52,010 bases of DNA from Rickettsiales bacterium (GTDB lineage: Bacteria > Pseudomonadota > Alphaproteobacteria > Methylaequorales > Methylaequoraceae). The position numbers and the translations under genes were made by a program. The notes under the pieces are model-generated. The model was not told the DNA's origin. It ran no database searches and worked only from the letters and a program-made list of their open reading frames with translations. The stretch lies in assembly GCA_028407765.1 (NCBI GenBank), contig JAOOJU010000002.1, forward strand, positions 1 through 52,010, read 5' to 3'. Of this stretch, positions 28,942 to 40,002 are shown piece by piece (position 1 is the first letter of the stretch; every line of letters begins with the position of its first letter).

Positions 28942-29578
28942 AATGTGGATGATGATAAATTGGTCTTATTGTCTTTTTGGCATAACCAAGGAAAAATGAC
29001 TTCAAAACTGAGGTAGCATCAATTTCTAATTGTTCACAATTAGTCTCAGTTAAATCGCCAAAATTATAAAATATTGAATCAGTAATAATACTTATTTTTC
29101 GAGCATTTTTTTTTTTTGAAAAAAAAATAATTCTTTTACTTATTTGAGGTTGTAACCCGGAAAATATTTTCGATATTTTTCTCCAGCCTCCATCCTTATA
29201 TTTGTAAAATTGATAATAAAAATCTCGTCTAGATTCTTTGAAACATATTAAAGTAATTCCTTTTCTTGGCTCAAGCTGACATAAAAATAATTCAAAAGTA
29301 GTAACTGAAAGCAATGTTATATTGGAGGTTAAACAAAGTCCTTGTGAAATTGCTATCAACGAACGTATAGAGGTAAATCCACCTGGACCCCTTGAAAAAA
29401 TTATATTTTCGAATAAATCTAGATCATATTCTTTTAAAATATTTTGTATCAAAAGAAGTAGAGTATTAGATTTATTTACTTGATCGTCATTCTTCTTTAT
29501 AAACTTTATTATTTTTTTTTTTTTTGAAATAGCAAGAGAAACAGACTTGCTTGAAGAAAAGATCGATAATGATAACAT
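28925..29578 (-). CDS. tsaB: tRNA t6A37 biosynthesis protein TsaB (YeaZ)
   Basis: 217 aa. FSRGPGGFTSIRSLIAISQGL motif. Confidence 0.85.
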   Translation of the reverse strand: MLSLSIFSSSKSVSLAISKKKKIIKFIKKNDDQVNKSNTLLLLIQNILKEYDLDLFENIIFSRGPGGFTSIRSLIAISQGLCLTSNITLLSVTTFELFLCQLEPRKGITLICFKESRRDFYYQFYKYKDGGWRKISKIFSGLQPQISKRIIFFSKKKNARKISIITDSIFYNFGDLTETNCEQLEIDATSVLKSFFLGYAKKTIRPIYHHPHYAKKN

Positions 29579-29619
29579 AATTAAAACTATTCAGATATAT
29601 GTAATAAAACCAAAATATA

Positions 29620-30180
29620 ATGAAAAAAAAATTAGTCAAAGTTTGTGAAAAAAAATTAGACATATTATTAGATATAAAATACTCAACACATGATAATTTT
29701 ACTAATGAGAGAGTTTATAATAGAAGTGAATGTTTTCTTCATCCTGTTGCATATGAACATTTAACACTAACAATAGAGGTTGCAAAGAAACTTGGATTAA
29801 GATTGAAGATTTTCGATTGTTTCAGACCTAAGGAATCACAACAAAAATTATGGGATTTTCTTCCAAGCGAGGACTTTCTTGCTTCACCTAAAAAAGGCTC
29901 TCCTCACTCTAGAGGAGTTGCAATTGACTTAACATTAATTGATAAAAATAATACTGAATTAGATATGGGAACAGAATTTGATGAATTTTCTAAACTATCA
30001 TATCATGGATCTAAATTTGTTTCTTCGGAAGCATTTAAAAATCGATCAATATTACTTGGTATAATGACAATGTCTGGGTGGGACTTCTTTAGGAACGAAT
30101 GGTGGCATTATCAATTATTTAATTCAAAGTCTTATCCTCTTCTGGGTGATAATGATATTGAAAAACCTCTTACTTTATAG
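29620..30180 (+). CDS. ddpX: D-alanyl-D-alanine dipeptidase (VanX/DdpX family, M15D)
   Basis: 186 aa. SPHSRGVAIDLTL and EWWHY zinc/active-site motifs. Confidence 0.85.
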   Translation: MKKKLVKVCEKKLDILLDIKYSTHDNFTNERVYNRSECFLHPVAYEHLTLTIEVAKKLGLRLKIFDCFRPKESQQKLWDFLPSEDFLASPKKGSPHSRGVAIDLTLIDKNNTELDMGTEFDEFSKLSYHGSKFVSSEAFKNRSILLGIMTMSGWDFFRNEWWHYQLFNSKSYPLLGDNDIEKPLTL

Positions 30181-31170
30181 ATGATTTATATGAAAAAGTT
30201 ATTATTCTTTTATTTAGTCCTACATATAAATATTGCATATGCAGTTGATTTTGGCACAGTTCTTATGTATCACAGATTTGAAGAGTCAGATCATCCAAGT
30301 ACCAATATAAGTGAAAAAGTCTTTAGAGAACATTTAGTATACTTGAAAGAAAACAATTATAATGTTCTGCCTTTAGAAAAGCTTATAGATTTTTTTAAAA
30401 AAAAGTCTCAATTACCAGAAAAATCTGTTTTTATTACCGTTGATGATGGCTATAAAAGCTTTTATAAGGTTGCTCTACCATTACTTTTAGAATTTAAGTT
30501 CCCTTTCAGCATTTTTATTTCAACAGATTACGTTAATGAAAACCCAAATTCTAGTTTCATGAACTGGAAAATGTTAAATGAAATCAAGAATTTAGGGGGA
30601 AGCATCTATAATCATGTATCAGACCATTCAAATATAAATAATTTGTCAAAAAACGAAATAATAATGAGAGTAAAGAAATCAAATGATTCAATAAAAAAAA
30701 ATCTTGGTATAAATCCTATAATTTTTTCTTATCCTTATGGAATTAGTAATCTAGAAAACGAAAATATAATTAAAAACCTAGGTTTTGAACTTGCTTTCAG
30801 TCAACATTCAAGTCATATTTTTAGAGAAGAAAATATTTATAGACTCCCTAGATTTGCATTTAATGAAGAATTTGGAAATTTAGAACGATTCAAAATGATT
30901 GTTAACTCTTACCCTTTAGAAGTCTATGACCTAACACCAAAAGATACAAAATTTAAAAATGATGATTTCCGTCTTGGGTTTTCTACCAATAAAGATATAA
31001 ATAAAATTAATTGTTATTCGTCAGATCTTAAGCTTTCTCTGACAAGAATTCCTCCCTCAAGAATAGAAATTAAGTTTGATGATGAGCCAAAAAAAGGTAT
31101 TAATAGGGTTAATTGTACTTCTCAGATAGACAAGAAAATTTTTTGGTATGGTAGAATATTAATTAATTAA
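30181..31170 (+). CDS. polysaccharide deacetylase (NodB-homology) family protein, exported
   Basis: 329 aa. Signal-like N-terminus (alternative start 30190), TVDDGY motif, extra C-terminal domain of about 100 aa. Confidence 0.75.
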   Translation: MIYMKKLLFFYLVLHINIAYAVDFGTVLMYHRFEESDHPSTNISEKVFREHLVYLKENNYNVLPLEKLIDFFKKKSQLPEKSVFITVDDGYKSFYKVALPLLLEFKFPFSIFISTDYVNENPNSSFMNWKMLNEIKNLGGSIYNHVSDHSNINNLSKNEIIMRVKKSNDSIKKNLGINPIIFSYPYGISNLENENIIKNLGFELAFSQHSSHIFREENIYRLPRFAFNEEFGNLERFKMIVNSYPLEVYDLTPKDTKFKNDDFRLGFSTNKDINKINCYSSDLKLSLTRIPPSRIEIKFDDEPKKGINRVNCTSQIDKKIFWYGRILIN

Positions 31171-32112
31171 ATTTGTACTATAAACTGCATCAAAGTCATT
31201 AAAATCATTATCTTTAATCATTTTTTCAACATCGCTGATATAATCTTCTTTTCTTTCAGAATAATTTATAAGGTATTTAACTAGTGATATTCCTGAAATT
31301 TTTTCTCCATTCATTCTTATTTTTTTTCTATTTTCCCTAAAGTCCTTGTATGCATTATGTGTATTAAGGTTTTTAATATATGAAGCTGTTGAATCAGATA
31401 TTGTCTGAAACTTCCTAATCAAAAACTTTCCTTCATCAGGTCTGTCTTTGGGAAGAATTCCTAAATCTTCTTTATAAGTGTACTGACCAAACACAGCATT
31501 CCCCTCTCTTGCATATCTTGAAGTTCCCCAACCACTCTCAATAGCTGCTTGTGATACTGCAAGAGAAATTGGAACTATATCAACACTCATTAATAAATCC
31601 CCGATATTTTCACCCTCATATAAATATTTTTCGCTTATATCTTTTAACCAATCTGGCCAATAATCTCTCATTATTAACTCTCCATCTGTATCTGTCCACC
31701 ATTCTAAAATCTTATTTCTTTCAGCTAATACTTTTTCATTTTCAAGAAAAATAATAGGTAAAATTGTTTTAACAAAAAGTTCTTTTCTTGTGCTAGCTGG
31801 TTCAACACTCATGAAGTCTTCTGGCAAAGATGAAAAAACAATAAGGCCATCATAGGTGTTGTTTAAAAAACTCTGTCTGGAAAAGTTATGTTCTTCAAAT
31901 ATTCTAAACATCTCTTTTGCTAGACTTATAAATTCAGAGCCTTGTTTCTCATTAGTTGAATTATTATTTGATTCCAGGATATTGTAATTAATTGGGTTAT
32001 ATTGAGTTTTTTCGAAAAAAATTTTTTTTGTAATAACAACTAAATAGTTTAAGAACACAAAAAAAATAATTGTTAGTATCAGGTAACTATTTTTTTTTGT
32101 TGTACCAAACAT
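31159..32112 (-). CDS. Bax/FlgJ-type N-acetylglucosaminidase-domain protein
   Basis: 317 aa. N-terminal TM segment. AAIESGWGTSRYAREGNAVFG glucosaminidase motif. Confidence 0.7.
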   Translation of the reverse strand: MFGTTKKNSYLILTIIFFVFLNYLVVITKKIFFEKTQYNPINYNILESNNNSTNEKQGSEFISLAKEMFRIFEEHNFSRQSFLNNTYDGLIVFSSLPEDFMSVEPASTRKELFVKTILPIIFLENEKVLAERNKILEWWTDTDGELIMRDYWPDWLKDISEKYLYEGENIGDLLMSVDIVPISLAVSQAAIESGWGTSRYAREGNAVFGQYTYKEDLGILPKDRPDEGKFLIRKFQTISDSTASYIKNLNTHNAYKDFRENRKKIRMNGEKISGISLVKYLINYSERKEDYISDVEKMIKDNDFNDFDAVYSTNLIN

Positions 32113-32119
32113 TTAAGGT

Positions 32120-32692
32120 TTAATTTACAGCTTCAACAGACTTTATTTCTGGAATATAATATTTAAGCATATTTTCTATTCCTGATTTTAGAGTAAGTGT
32201 TGAACTAGGGCAACCTGCACAAGAACCTCTTAGTTCTAAAAAAACTATATGATCTTCAAATTTAACAAATCTTATGTCACCACCGTCTTGAGCAACAGCT
32301 GGTCTGATTTTTTCTTCTAGTAGCTCTTGAATTTGTTCCACAATTTTTAAATCTTCTTTGTTGTACTTATCTTTATTTTCTACCTTGTCACTTTCCGAAA
32401 TGTCTCCATCATTAACGACTGGTAATCCTGAAGATAAAAAATTCATGATCTTTGATAAAATGTCTGGTTTAACTATTTCCCAATCTACCGAATCCGATTT
32501 TGTTATCGTAATAAAATCAATTCCAAAAAAAACACTCTTAACATCCTCATTCTCAAAAAGTTTCATTGCAAGTGGAGAATTTTTTGCTTCAATTTTTGAC
32601 TTAAATTCTAAATTACCTTTTTTTAAGATGTTTTTCTCAGGAATAAATTTTAGTGTTGAGGGGTTTGGAGTATTTTCGGTTTGAATAAACAT
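32120..32692 (-). CDS. NifU/Nfu-type Fe-S cluster carrier (Nfu_N plus NifU C-terminal domain)
   Basis: 190 aa. MFIQTENTPNP... N-terminal domain and a CAGCPSS CxxC motif. Confidence 0.85.
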   Translation of the reverse strand: MFIQTENTPNPSTLKFIPEKNILKKGNLEFKSKIEAKNSPLAMKLFENEDVKSVFFGIDFITITKSDSVDWEIVKPDILSKIMNFLSSGLPVVNDGDISESDKVENKDKYNKEDLKIVEQIQELLEEKIRPAVAQDGGDIRFVKFEDHIVFLELRGSCAGCPSSTLTLKSGIENMLKYYIPEIKSVEAVN

Positions 32693-32709
32693 AATATTAA
32701 AGTAAAGTT

Positions 32710-33177
32710 TTAAAATAAATTGTCAATTTCTTCTTCACTTAAATCAGAAGGAATAATTGTTAAGGGAACTTTAAGATTTGTTCTAAACTTTCCTGTAAAA
32801 CCAGAAATCAATGGTCCTGGTCCAACCGGTCCAGAAGAAGCCGCCAGAATTAAATTAGAAATAAACTTATTTGATTCAAGAAACTTAATTATGCAATCAA
32901 TTCTATCTCCTTTCATAATAAACTTTTTTGGTTTCTTTTTACTTAAAACTAAAATTGTCGCTTCATGTTCTTTTATCCTTTCCTCAGCCTCATCTCTTGA
33001 CTCTTTTTCAGCAATATTCTCTACAGCCTGCCAATGACCAAAATCAATATTATCAAATGTATATAAAATAACAACTGATCCTCCAACTCTTAATGCTCTC
33101 AGTGAAGCATATCTTATAGCGTTGTGCATTTCCTTAGTTTCGTCTATTATTACAAGAAAATTTAACTCTTTATTCAT
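32710..33177 (-). CDS. universal stress protein family
   Basis: Start at M18 of the track ORF (MNKELNFLVIIDET...). USP-like alpha/beta pattern. Confidence 0.65.
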   Translation of the reverse strand: MNKELNFLVIIDETKEMHNAIRYASLRALRVGGSVVILYTFDNIDFGHWQAVENIAEKESRDEAEERIKEHEATILVLSKKKPKKFIMKGDRIDCIIKFLESNKFISNLILAASSGPVGPGPLISGFTGKFRTNLKVPLTIIPSDLSEEEIDNLF

Positions 33178-33181
33178 ATTT

Positions 33182-33885
33182 CTATTTCCTAAAAATAAAA
33201 CCTGCACCAACGCCAAGGGCAATTGCAACTATAACAGATACCAGTCCATATAATAAAGAAAAATTATGCGCAAACTTATAAATAAAAGAATTAAATCCTG
33301 GTTTCTCAACTAAAAAAAAACCTTGATTTTTTACTTACTAATTTATTTTTTTTAAATACTTCCATTGAAATCTCATATTTACCAGCTAAAGCATTGTGGG
33401 GTAGTTTAACTGGGATTTTAAAAAATGTATTATCGTTTTTATCTATGGGCTCAAAAGAGTTATTCTTTACATGAAATAAACCCAACGACATTTTTTTTTC
33501 AATTAAGTCTTTTTTTAAATTGTCATCATCTTTTCCTACTAATTTAATATTATCATGTAAATTCTTCTTTACTCTAAAATCAATATCTTCTGATTTAAAG
33601 TTTGTATAGAAGTGAAATAGTGAAGGGTAAGAAAATTCTCCACTTTTTTTCCACGTCCACATATTTAAAAACTTGGTTTTTTTTTTGTAAAATAACTTTC
33701 TGATTAGGACCCACAATTTTTAAAACTAATGAATCCTTAGTTTTAGAATACCCAAAAATGACTAAGTTATTTTTTTTATTATCACTTTTTAGAGTTACCT
33801 CATAACTTGAAAGATCAAAACTTAATTGTTGTGAGTTTAAACTTAGTGGAATAAATATTAAGAAAAAGATAAAAAACATAATCAA
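33182..33885 (-). pseudogene. Alph_Pro_TM / TIGR02186-like membrane protein, broken by two +1 homopolymer frameshifts
   Basis: Signal peptide ORF (33595-33885), middle ORF (33306-33716) and an unlisted C-terminal piece ending in the TM helix LLYGLVSVIVAIALGVGAGFIF (stop 33182-33184). The pieces join at 33677-33686 and 33312-33320. Sits downstream of a DUF81/TauE gene, as is typical of this family. Confidence 0.6.
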
Positions 33886-34796
33886 TTAATTTCTTGAATG
33901 ATGATTCTTGAATTATTTACTGGTTCGCTAACCAAGTCAAAAGACATTTTGAAGCATACCAAAATCACTATTACTGCCAGTAAAACTCTAAGTTGTTCAC
34001 CTTTAAGCCTTGATGTATACCTTGATCCAAATTGGGCACCAATTACTCCGCCAATTAATAAATAAACTGCTAGAACTAAATCTACTGCCTGATTAAAAGT
34101 TGCTTGAAGAATCGTAACGTTCATCGTAACAAATACTATTTGAAATAATGAAGTTCCAACTGCTGAGACAGTATTCATACCTAAAAGATATATCATTGCT
34201 GGAACCATTACAAAGCCCCCTCCAACGCCCATTAGTGCGGACAAGACTCCAACAAAACATCCTATAAAAATAGGTAATAAAATTGATATATATATCTTTG
34301 ATTTTTTAAATCTAAACCTCAAAGGTAATTTATGAAATATATTTCTCTTAGGTCTAATTCTCACTGTATTAATCTCTTTTCTATACATTGATAATGCACT
34401 CTCGGCAAACATCAAAGTTCCAATGGTTGCCAAAAAAAGTATATATAAAATACTAATGATCAAATCTAAATTACCAGCATCTCTCATAAATTTAAAAAAA
34501 ATAACGCCCAAAGTTGATCCGAAAATTCCTCCAATTAATAAAAAGAGTCCTATCTCATAGTCGATATTACCCTTACTACCGTGAGCAACAGCTCCTGAAG
34601 ACGAAGAACCTAAAATCTGATTAGCCTCTGTTGCCACGGCTGTTGCAGGAGGTATTCCTAAAAAAATTAATATCGGAGTCATCAAAAAACCACCCCCAAC
34701 TCCAAATAATCCTGAAAGAAAACCTACTACAAACCCTGAAGAAAGAATTATAAATATATTAACCTCTAACTCTGCAATTGGTAAATAATGTATCAT
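33882..34796 (-). CDS. TauE/SafE (DUF81) family membrane transporter
   Basis: 304 aa. Polytopic, with an internal duplication carrying G-rich helices (GVGGGFLMTP and GVGGGFVMVP). Confidence 0.8.
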   Translation of the reverse strand: MIHYLPIAELEVNIFIILSSGFVVGFLSGLFGVGGGFLMTPILIFLGIPPATAVATEANQILGSSSSGAVAHGSKGNIDYEIGLFLLIGGIFGSTLGVIFFKFMRDAGNLDLIISILYILFLATIGTLMFAESALSMYRKEINTVRIRPKRNIFHKLPLRFRFKKSKIYISILLPIFIGCFVGVLSALMGVGGGFVMVPAMIYLLGMNTVSAVGTSLFQIVFVTMNVTILQATFNQAVDLVLAVYLLIGGVIGAQFGSRYTSRLKGEQLRVLLAVIVILVCFKMSFDLVSEPVNNSRIIIQEIN

Positions 34797-35798
34797 TCAA
34801 AAAAACCTATTATTTCTTTGATTTCTTTTAAATTTTTTTCAGCTATTAAAGATGCTTTCTCAGCACCATTTATTAGTATTTTTGTTAAATATCCTTCATC
34901 ATCCAGCAATCTATTAATCATTTCTGAAGCTACAGAAATCTCATCATTAATAATTTCATATAGATCTTTCTTAAAAATTGAAAAACTTTTTTCTGTATAC
35001 ATATCAATAACTTTTTCAGTCTTGATTTTAGCAATTGTTGAGTAAATCCCAACTAAATTTTTTATCTCAGCTCTATCATTTAGGTTGGTAACATTGGTTG
35101 GGAAAGGGTCGGAATCTGTTTTTGACTTCTGTATTTTTTTTAAAATTAAATCTGAAGAATCTCTTAAATTAATTCTAGAATAATCTGAAGGATCAGATTT
35201 ACTCATTTTTTTTGTTCCATCTTTTAAGCTCATAACTCTCGCCCCGGATTTAAGTATAAGTGGTTCCGGCAGTGGAAAAAATTCATTATCATAATATCTA
35301 TTAAAGCTCTGTGAAATATCTCTTGACAATTCTAAATGTTGTTTTTGATCATCACCAACTGGAACATGGGTAGCTTTATAAAGTAAAATATCTGCCGCCA
35401 TTAATACGGGATAAGAATATAATCCCAAAGGAGCTTTCTCCTTATTTTTACCGGCTTTATCTTTAAATTGAGTCATTCTATTTAGCCAACCAATGGGGGT
35501 ATGACAACTTAGAATCCAAGCTAAATCTGAATGCCCAAATACTGAGGATTGACTAAAAATAATTTGCTTATCTGGATTTATACCAGAGGCTATATACGCG
35601 GCAGCAACTTCTAATGTGTTTTTTTTTTATTTCCTGACAGTTATCTGGTACAGTTAGAGCGTGCAAGTCGACGATACAGAAAATACAAGAATATTTTTTT
35701 TGTAGTTCTACCCAATTTTTTATTGCACCAAGATAATTTCCTAAATGAAGATTTCCTGTAGGCTGTACACCAGAAAAAACTATTTCGTCTCTTTTGAT
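34793..35798 (-). pseudogene. trpS: tryptophanyl-tRNA synthetase, split by a +1 frameshift in a T10 run; no canonical start codon
   Basis: The track ORF 34793-35476 holds the C-terminal two-thirds (KMSKS as KMSKS-like 'KKMSKSD'). The upstream frame reads ..[20 protein letters not shown].. (HIGH region) and breaks at 35619-35628. An AAGGAG lies 6 nt before ATC 35798. Confidence 0.9.
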
Positions 35799-35799
35799 T

Positions 35800-37365
35800 T
35801 TAATCTCCTTTACTAAATCTTAAAAAATTTCCAATACCAAGAAGGTATATTAAGATTATATATACAAAAGAACCAAATAGTATAGCCATCGATAAAATAA
35901 TAAAACTCTCATTAATTTTTCCAATTTCAATCAAAGAGATGAAATTTTCTATAAAAATAAACTTGATAGAAATTATCATTAATAATGAAGATAAAATGCT
36001 CTTAAAAAAGGTTAAAATTAAATCTCTTTTTAAAGTGAAAAACCTATTTTTCCGAAGAAAAAAATAAAGTAAGGAACAATTAAACCAAGAAGATATCGAT
36101 GTTGCTAAAGCAAGGCCAACGTGAAAGTATTTTTGAATTAAAATCAAATTTAAAGCAAGATTAATAAACATTGCCAATATTGCTATGTAAACAGGCGTTT
36201 TTGTATCTTCCCTCGCAAAAAAGAATGTTGCAAATATTTTAACAAAAATAAATGCTGGTAATCCTATACAAAATGCAATCAGAGCATGACTAGTTAGCAG
36301 TGCATCATTAGAAGTAAACTCGCCCCTAACAAAAAGAACACTAATTATTGGCTCAGAGAGAAATATCAGACCAGCTGATGCAGGAATTGAAAAAATAACA
36401 GCTATTTGTAAACAATGATTTAGTGTTTCAGTTGCTATAGTATGTTGTTTTTTTTTTATTTGTTTTGATAGAATAGGAAGTAATGCTGTGCTTAATGCAA
36501 TTCCTAGAACGCCCAAAGGCAACTGATTGATCCTATCTGCAAAATACAAAAAACTAATAGATCCATCTGGTAAAGTTGAAGCCAGAATCATATCAATTAA
36601 AAGATTTATTTGATAAACTCCATTTCCTATTGCTGCAGGCAGAAATAATGAAAAAAGTTTTTTTGCCTCTACGCTTATTGGAAGAATCTTCTTTAGAATA
36701 AGAGAATTGATACTTAATTCAATTTTATTAACCTTCAAGTGATAAAATAACCAGATCAATTGAATTACCCCGGCTATTGAGATTGATGAAGCTAAAAACT
36801 TCGCAGTTATTTCCTGGCTTTCAGAATTAGTTATAGATAATAAAAGGACGGTTAACATCGATAAATTCAGAATTACAGGAGTAAATGCCATTGCTGCAAA
36901 TTTGCTAATTGTATTAAGGTATCCACCAATTAGTGAAGATAAACAGATAAATAATAAGAATGGAAATGTTAGTCGCGATAATTGTACAGTTAATGAAAAT
37001 TTACTTGGGTTTCCTTCAAAACCTGGTGCAACAACAAAAATAATATAAGGCATGAAGATTTCAAAGATTATCACAAAAAACAAAAGGAAAGAGAAAATAA
37101 TTGACAGCATTTCTGAAAGAAATTCTCCAGCACCTTCTTTTCCATTTTTTTCTTTAACTCCAGAAATAACGGGTATAAACGCTGAGTTCATAGCACCCTC
37201 AGCAAAAAGCCTTCTAAATAAGTTAGGAAGTTTAAAAGCTACAAAAAAAGCGTCTGAAATATAACTAGCACCTAACACTAAGGCCATAAGAAAATCTCTG
37301 ATATATCCCAAGACTCTACTTAGAAATGTCAGAGAACCAATAATTGATACAATTCTAAGAAACAA
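35800..37365 (-). CDS. murJ: lipid II flippase MurJ (MviN)
   Basis: 521 aa. Polytopic. N-terminus ...[43 protein letters not shown] is typical of MurJ. Confidence 0.9.
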   Translation of the reverse strand: MFLRIVSIIGSLTFLSRVLGYIRDFLMALVLGASYISDAFFVAFKLPNLFRRLFAEGAMNSAFIPVISGVKEKNGKEGAGEFLSEMLSIIFSFLLFFVIIFEIFMPYIIFVVAPGFEGNPSKFSLTVQLSRLTFPFLLFICLSSLIGGYLNTISKFAAMAFTPVILNLSMLTVLLLSITNSESQEITAKFLASSISIAGVIQLIWLFYHLKVNKIELSINSLILKKILPISVEAKKLFSLFLPAAIGNGVYQINLLIDMILASTLPDGSISFLYFADRINQLPLGVLGIALSTALLPILSKQIKKKQHTIATETLNHCLQIAVIFSIPASAGLIFLSEPIISVLFVRGEFTSNDALLTSHALIAFCIGLPAFIFVKIFATFFFAREDTKTPVYIAILAMFINLALNLILIQKYFHVGLALATSISSWFNCSLLYFFLRKNRFFTLKRDLILTFFKSILSSLLMIISIKFIFIENFISLIEIGKINESFIILSMAILFGSFVYIILIYLLGIGNFLRFSKGD

Positions 37366-37366
37366 T

Positions 37367-39993
37367 TCAAACCCCTTCTAGAATTTTTAATTTTATATCT
37401 TTTTCTATTTTTTTTAACTCAGTTAATTTTTTTATCTTAGAGCCAGAATCTTTGAGAACATGAAAAGTATCTTCTGCAAAATCTTCATAAGTAGAAATTT
37501 TTGCAGTATGAATAACAAGATTATAACTTAATAAAACTTTTAAAATATCATGAAGTAAATAAACTCGGTTATTTGCATGTACTTTTATAATTGAGTAAAT
37601 ATCAGAAAAGGAATTGTCTATGGATATTAAAGTTTTTTCTTTTAAAATTTTCTTAGACTTTTTAATTAAAGAATTACTGAAAATATCATTGTGATTAGAA
37701 ATTAGATATTTCTCCAAATCCTTGATTATTTCATTCTTTTTTCTGTTTAAAATCATGATTATTTAATTTAATATCCGAACCAACTGATATTTTAAACGTA
37801 TCCAGAATGACTCCATTCCTAAACGTAAAAACTCTGGCTTCAAGTATCTCCATTTCATTTAATAGAAAAACCTCTGTAATTTTTAATAGTAGATTTTTTC
37901 TATCAATAGTGGCTATTGTTACTTCTAAAATTCCACTCATCTGACTTAATTCAATTTTACAATCAAATAATTTTAATAGCTCTGCCCCATGAAAAAAAAA
38001 ATCAATCTGTTTTGATATTGTTTTAATAGGCTGAAATAACCAAAATTCATCGACTGAGTTAGAGCAAAATTCACTATATTTTTTTTTATTTATACTTAAT
38101 AGAGATAAAACCTTTTTTTGAATTAATAATATTTTTTTTTTCGAAGCCTTTTGAAAAATATCAAGCTTCATTAAAATTGGTTTATTTATTTCAACTTTGC
38201 TTTTTTGATATAATCTATCAAGAAGCATAGCTTTCCATTCATTCCAAGTAGCCCGATTTACAGAGGCCATATCCACAATCGTCACAAGATATAGAGATCT
38301 AAGACGATCTAAAGAGTTCACTTTTTTTTGTAAAAGTTCTTATTACAGAGTTATCTTCTATATCTTTATGCATAGCAAAATCACTGAAAATTATGTGGTT
38401 TTCTATAAGCCAAGTTATTTCTTCGATTTCTTTTGAGCTTACATCCAAAAATTTTAGAATGTTTTCTGCAAAATTTGCACCTATCATCTGATGATTTCCT
38501 CCAGATCCCTTACCAATATCGTGTAATAAAATTGAAAGATATAGTATTGTTTTATTTTTAATTTCTTTAATAATTGATTTTGGCAAATTAAATTCTCGCG
38601 ATAATTTTTTCTCAGAATCGATTGTCTTCAATAAATTAAATGCCCTCAAAGTATGCTCATCAACAGTATAAAGGTGGTATCTATCAAATTGTGATTGTGA
38701 AACAATTTTGGAAAATTCTGGGATAACTTTTACTAATAATCCGCAATCATTAAGATTATAAATTACCTCATCATCGGTATCTAACTTGAGTAATTGTAAA
38801 AACTTTTTGTTAATTAATGGATTTAAACGAAAATTTTTTTTTAAATGTGTAATTTCTTCACATAAAAATCTATACGAATCCTGATGTATTGAAAATTTAA
38901 ATTTCGTTACATCTATAAATATATTGATAAAATTTTCAGGAAATTTTTTGAACTCTTTTTTATTATTAACTAGAATTTTTTTATTTTCAATAATAACTCC
39001 TGTTGTTAATAATTCATGATCTTCAGTAATTTTTTCTTTAAAGCCTTTTTTTTCTTTAGGTATGCTCTGAACAAGATTTTTTATATTTTTGATTTGCAAG
39101 TAATAATGCCTCATTAATCTCTCAACACTCAGATTAGCCTCACGTTCTTTATATTTCATATTTTCCGCAATTAATTTTTGAAGATCAAACGTCAGCCTTT
39201 CACTCGATCTCTTACCTAGAAAATGTATGTAACATCTAATAGTTAATATAAAATCTAAAGATTTTTCTAGTTTCTTCTTTTCTAGTCTGGAAATGACTCG
39301 TATTTTGTACAATTCATCTAAATTAGAGGTCTTATAGAATCTTTTAAAAAACCAAAATAATAGATTCAGATCACGAAGGCCACCCATAGAATCTTTGATG
39401 TTCGGTTCCAGTAAATAAGAATTACTATCTTTTTTTTTTAATCTTATATTTCTCTCTTTTATCTTATGTCTGATAAAAAAATTCTTGTCCTCTTTGTCAA
39501 AAAAATTTTTAATAGTTTGATCAACCTTCATGAAACTTTGAGGGTCTCCACAAAGTTTTCGATGATCAAGTAATGAGGTCTGTATAACAAAATCTCTCTT
39601 GGCCGTGCTGACTATTTCCTCTAAACCTCTAACAGCATGCCCTACTTTAAAACCTAAATCCCATAAATAATGTAAAATTTTTTTAATAGCTAGACTAACT
39701 TTTTTTTCTTCAGAAAAGGGAACAAACAGTAAATCAAGATCAGAAAATGGTGCTAAATGTTCTCTTCCGTAACCACCAATTGCACAAATAATTATATCTT
39801 TATCAGAAATCTCGTCTGCAAATAAAATCTTTCGATAAATTGATTCAATTAATTTGTCAGTAATATTTGTTAACTTTTGGCATGTCCTCAAACCATTATT
39901 TGATTGGAAAAAATCTAACTTAATAGAATTCTTTTTTTTTGAAAAAGAATTTTTTTCAATTGTTAGTTCTTTGGCTAAGTTGTCTATTATCAA
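37367..39993 (-). pseudogene. glnD: [protein-PII] uridylyltransferase/uridylyl-removing enzyme GlnD, split into three ORFs by two +1 frameshifts
   Basis: NTase motif GGYGREHLAPFSDLDLLF and HD domain LLHDIGKG (38299-39993). ...LYLVTIVD... plus ACT domains (37731-38321 and 37367-37756). Joins at 38322-38329 and 37737-37742. TTG start. Confidence 0.9.
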
Positions 39994-40002
39994 GCCAATA
40001 CC

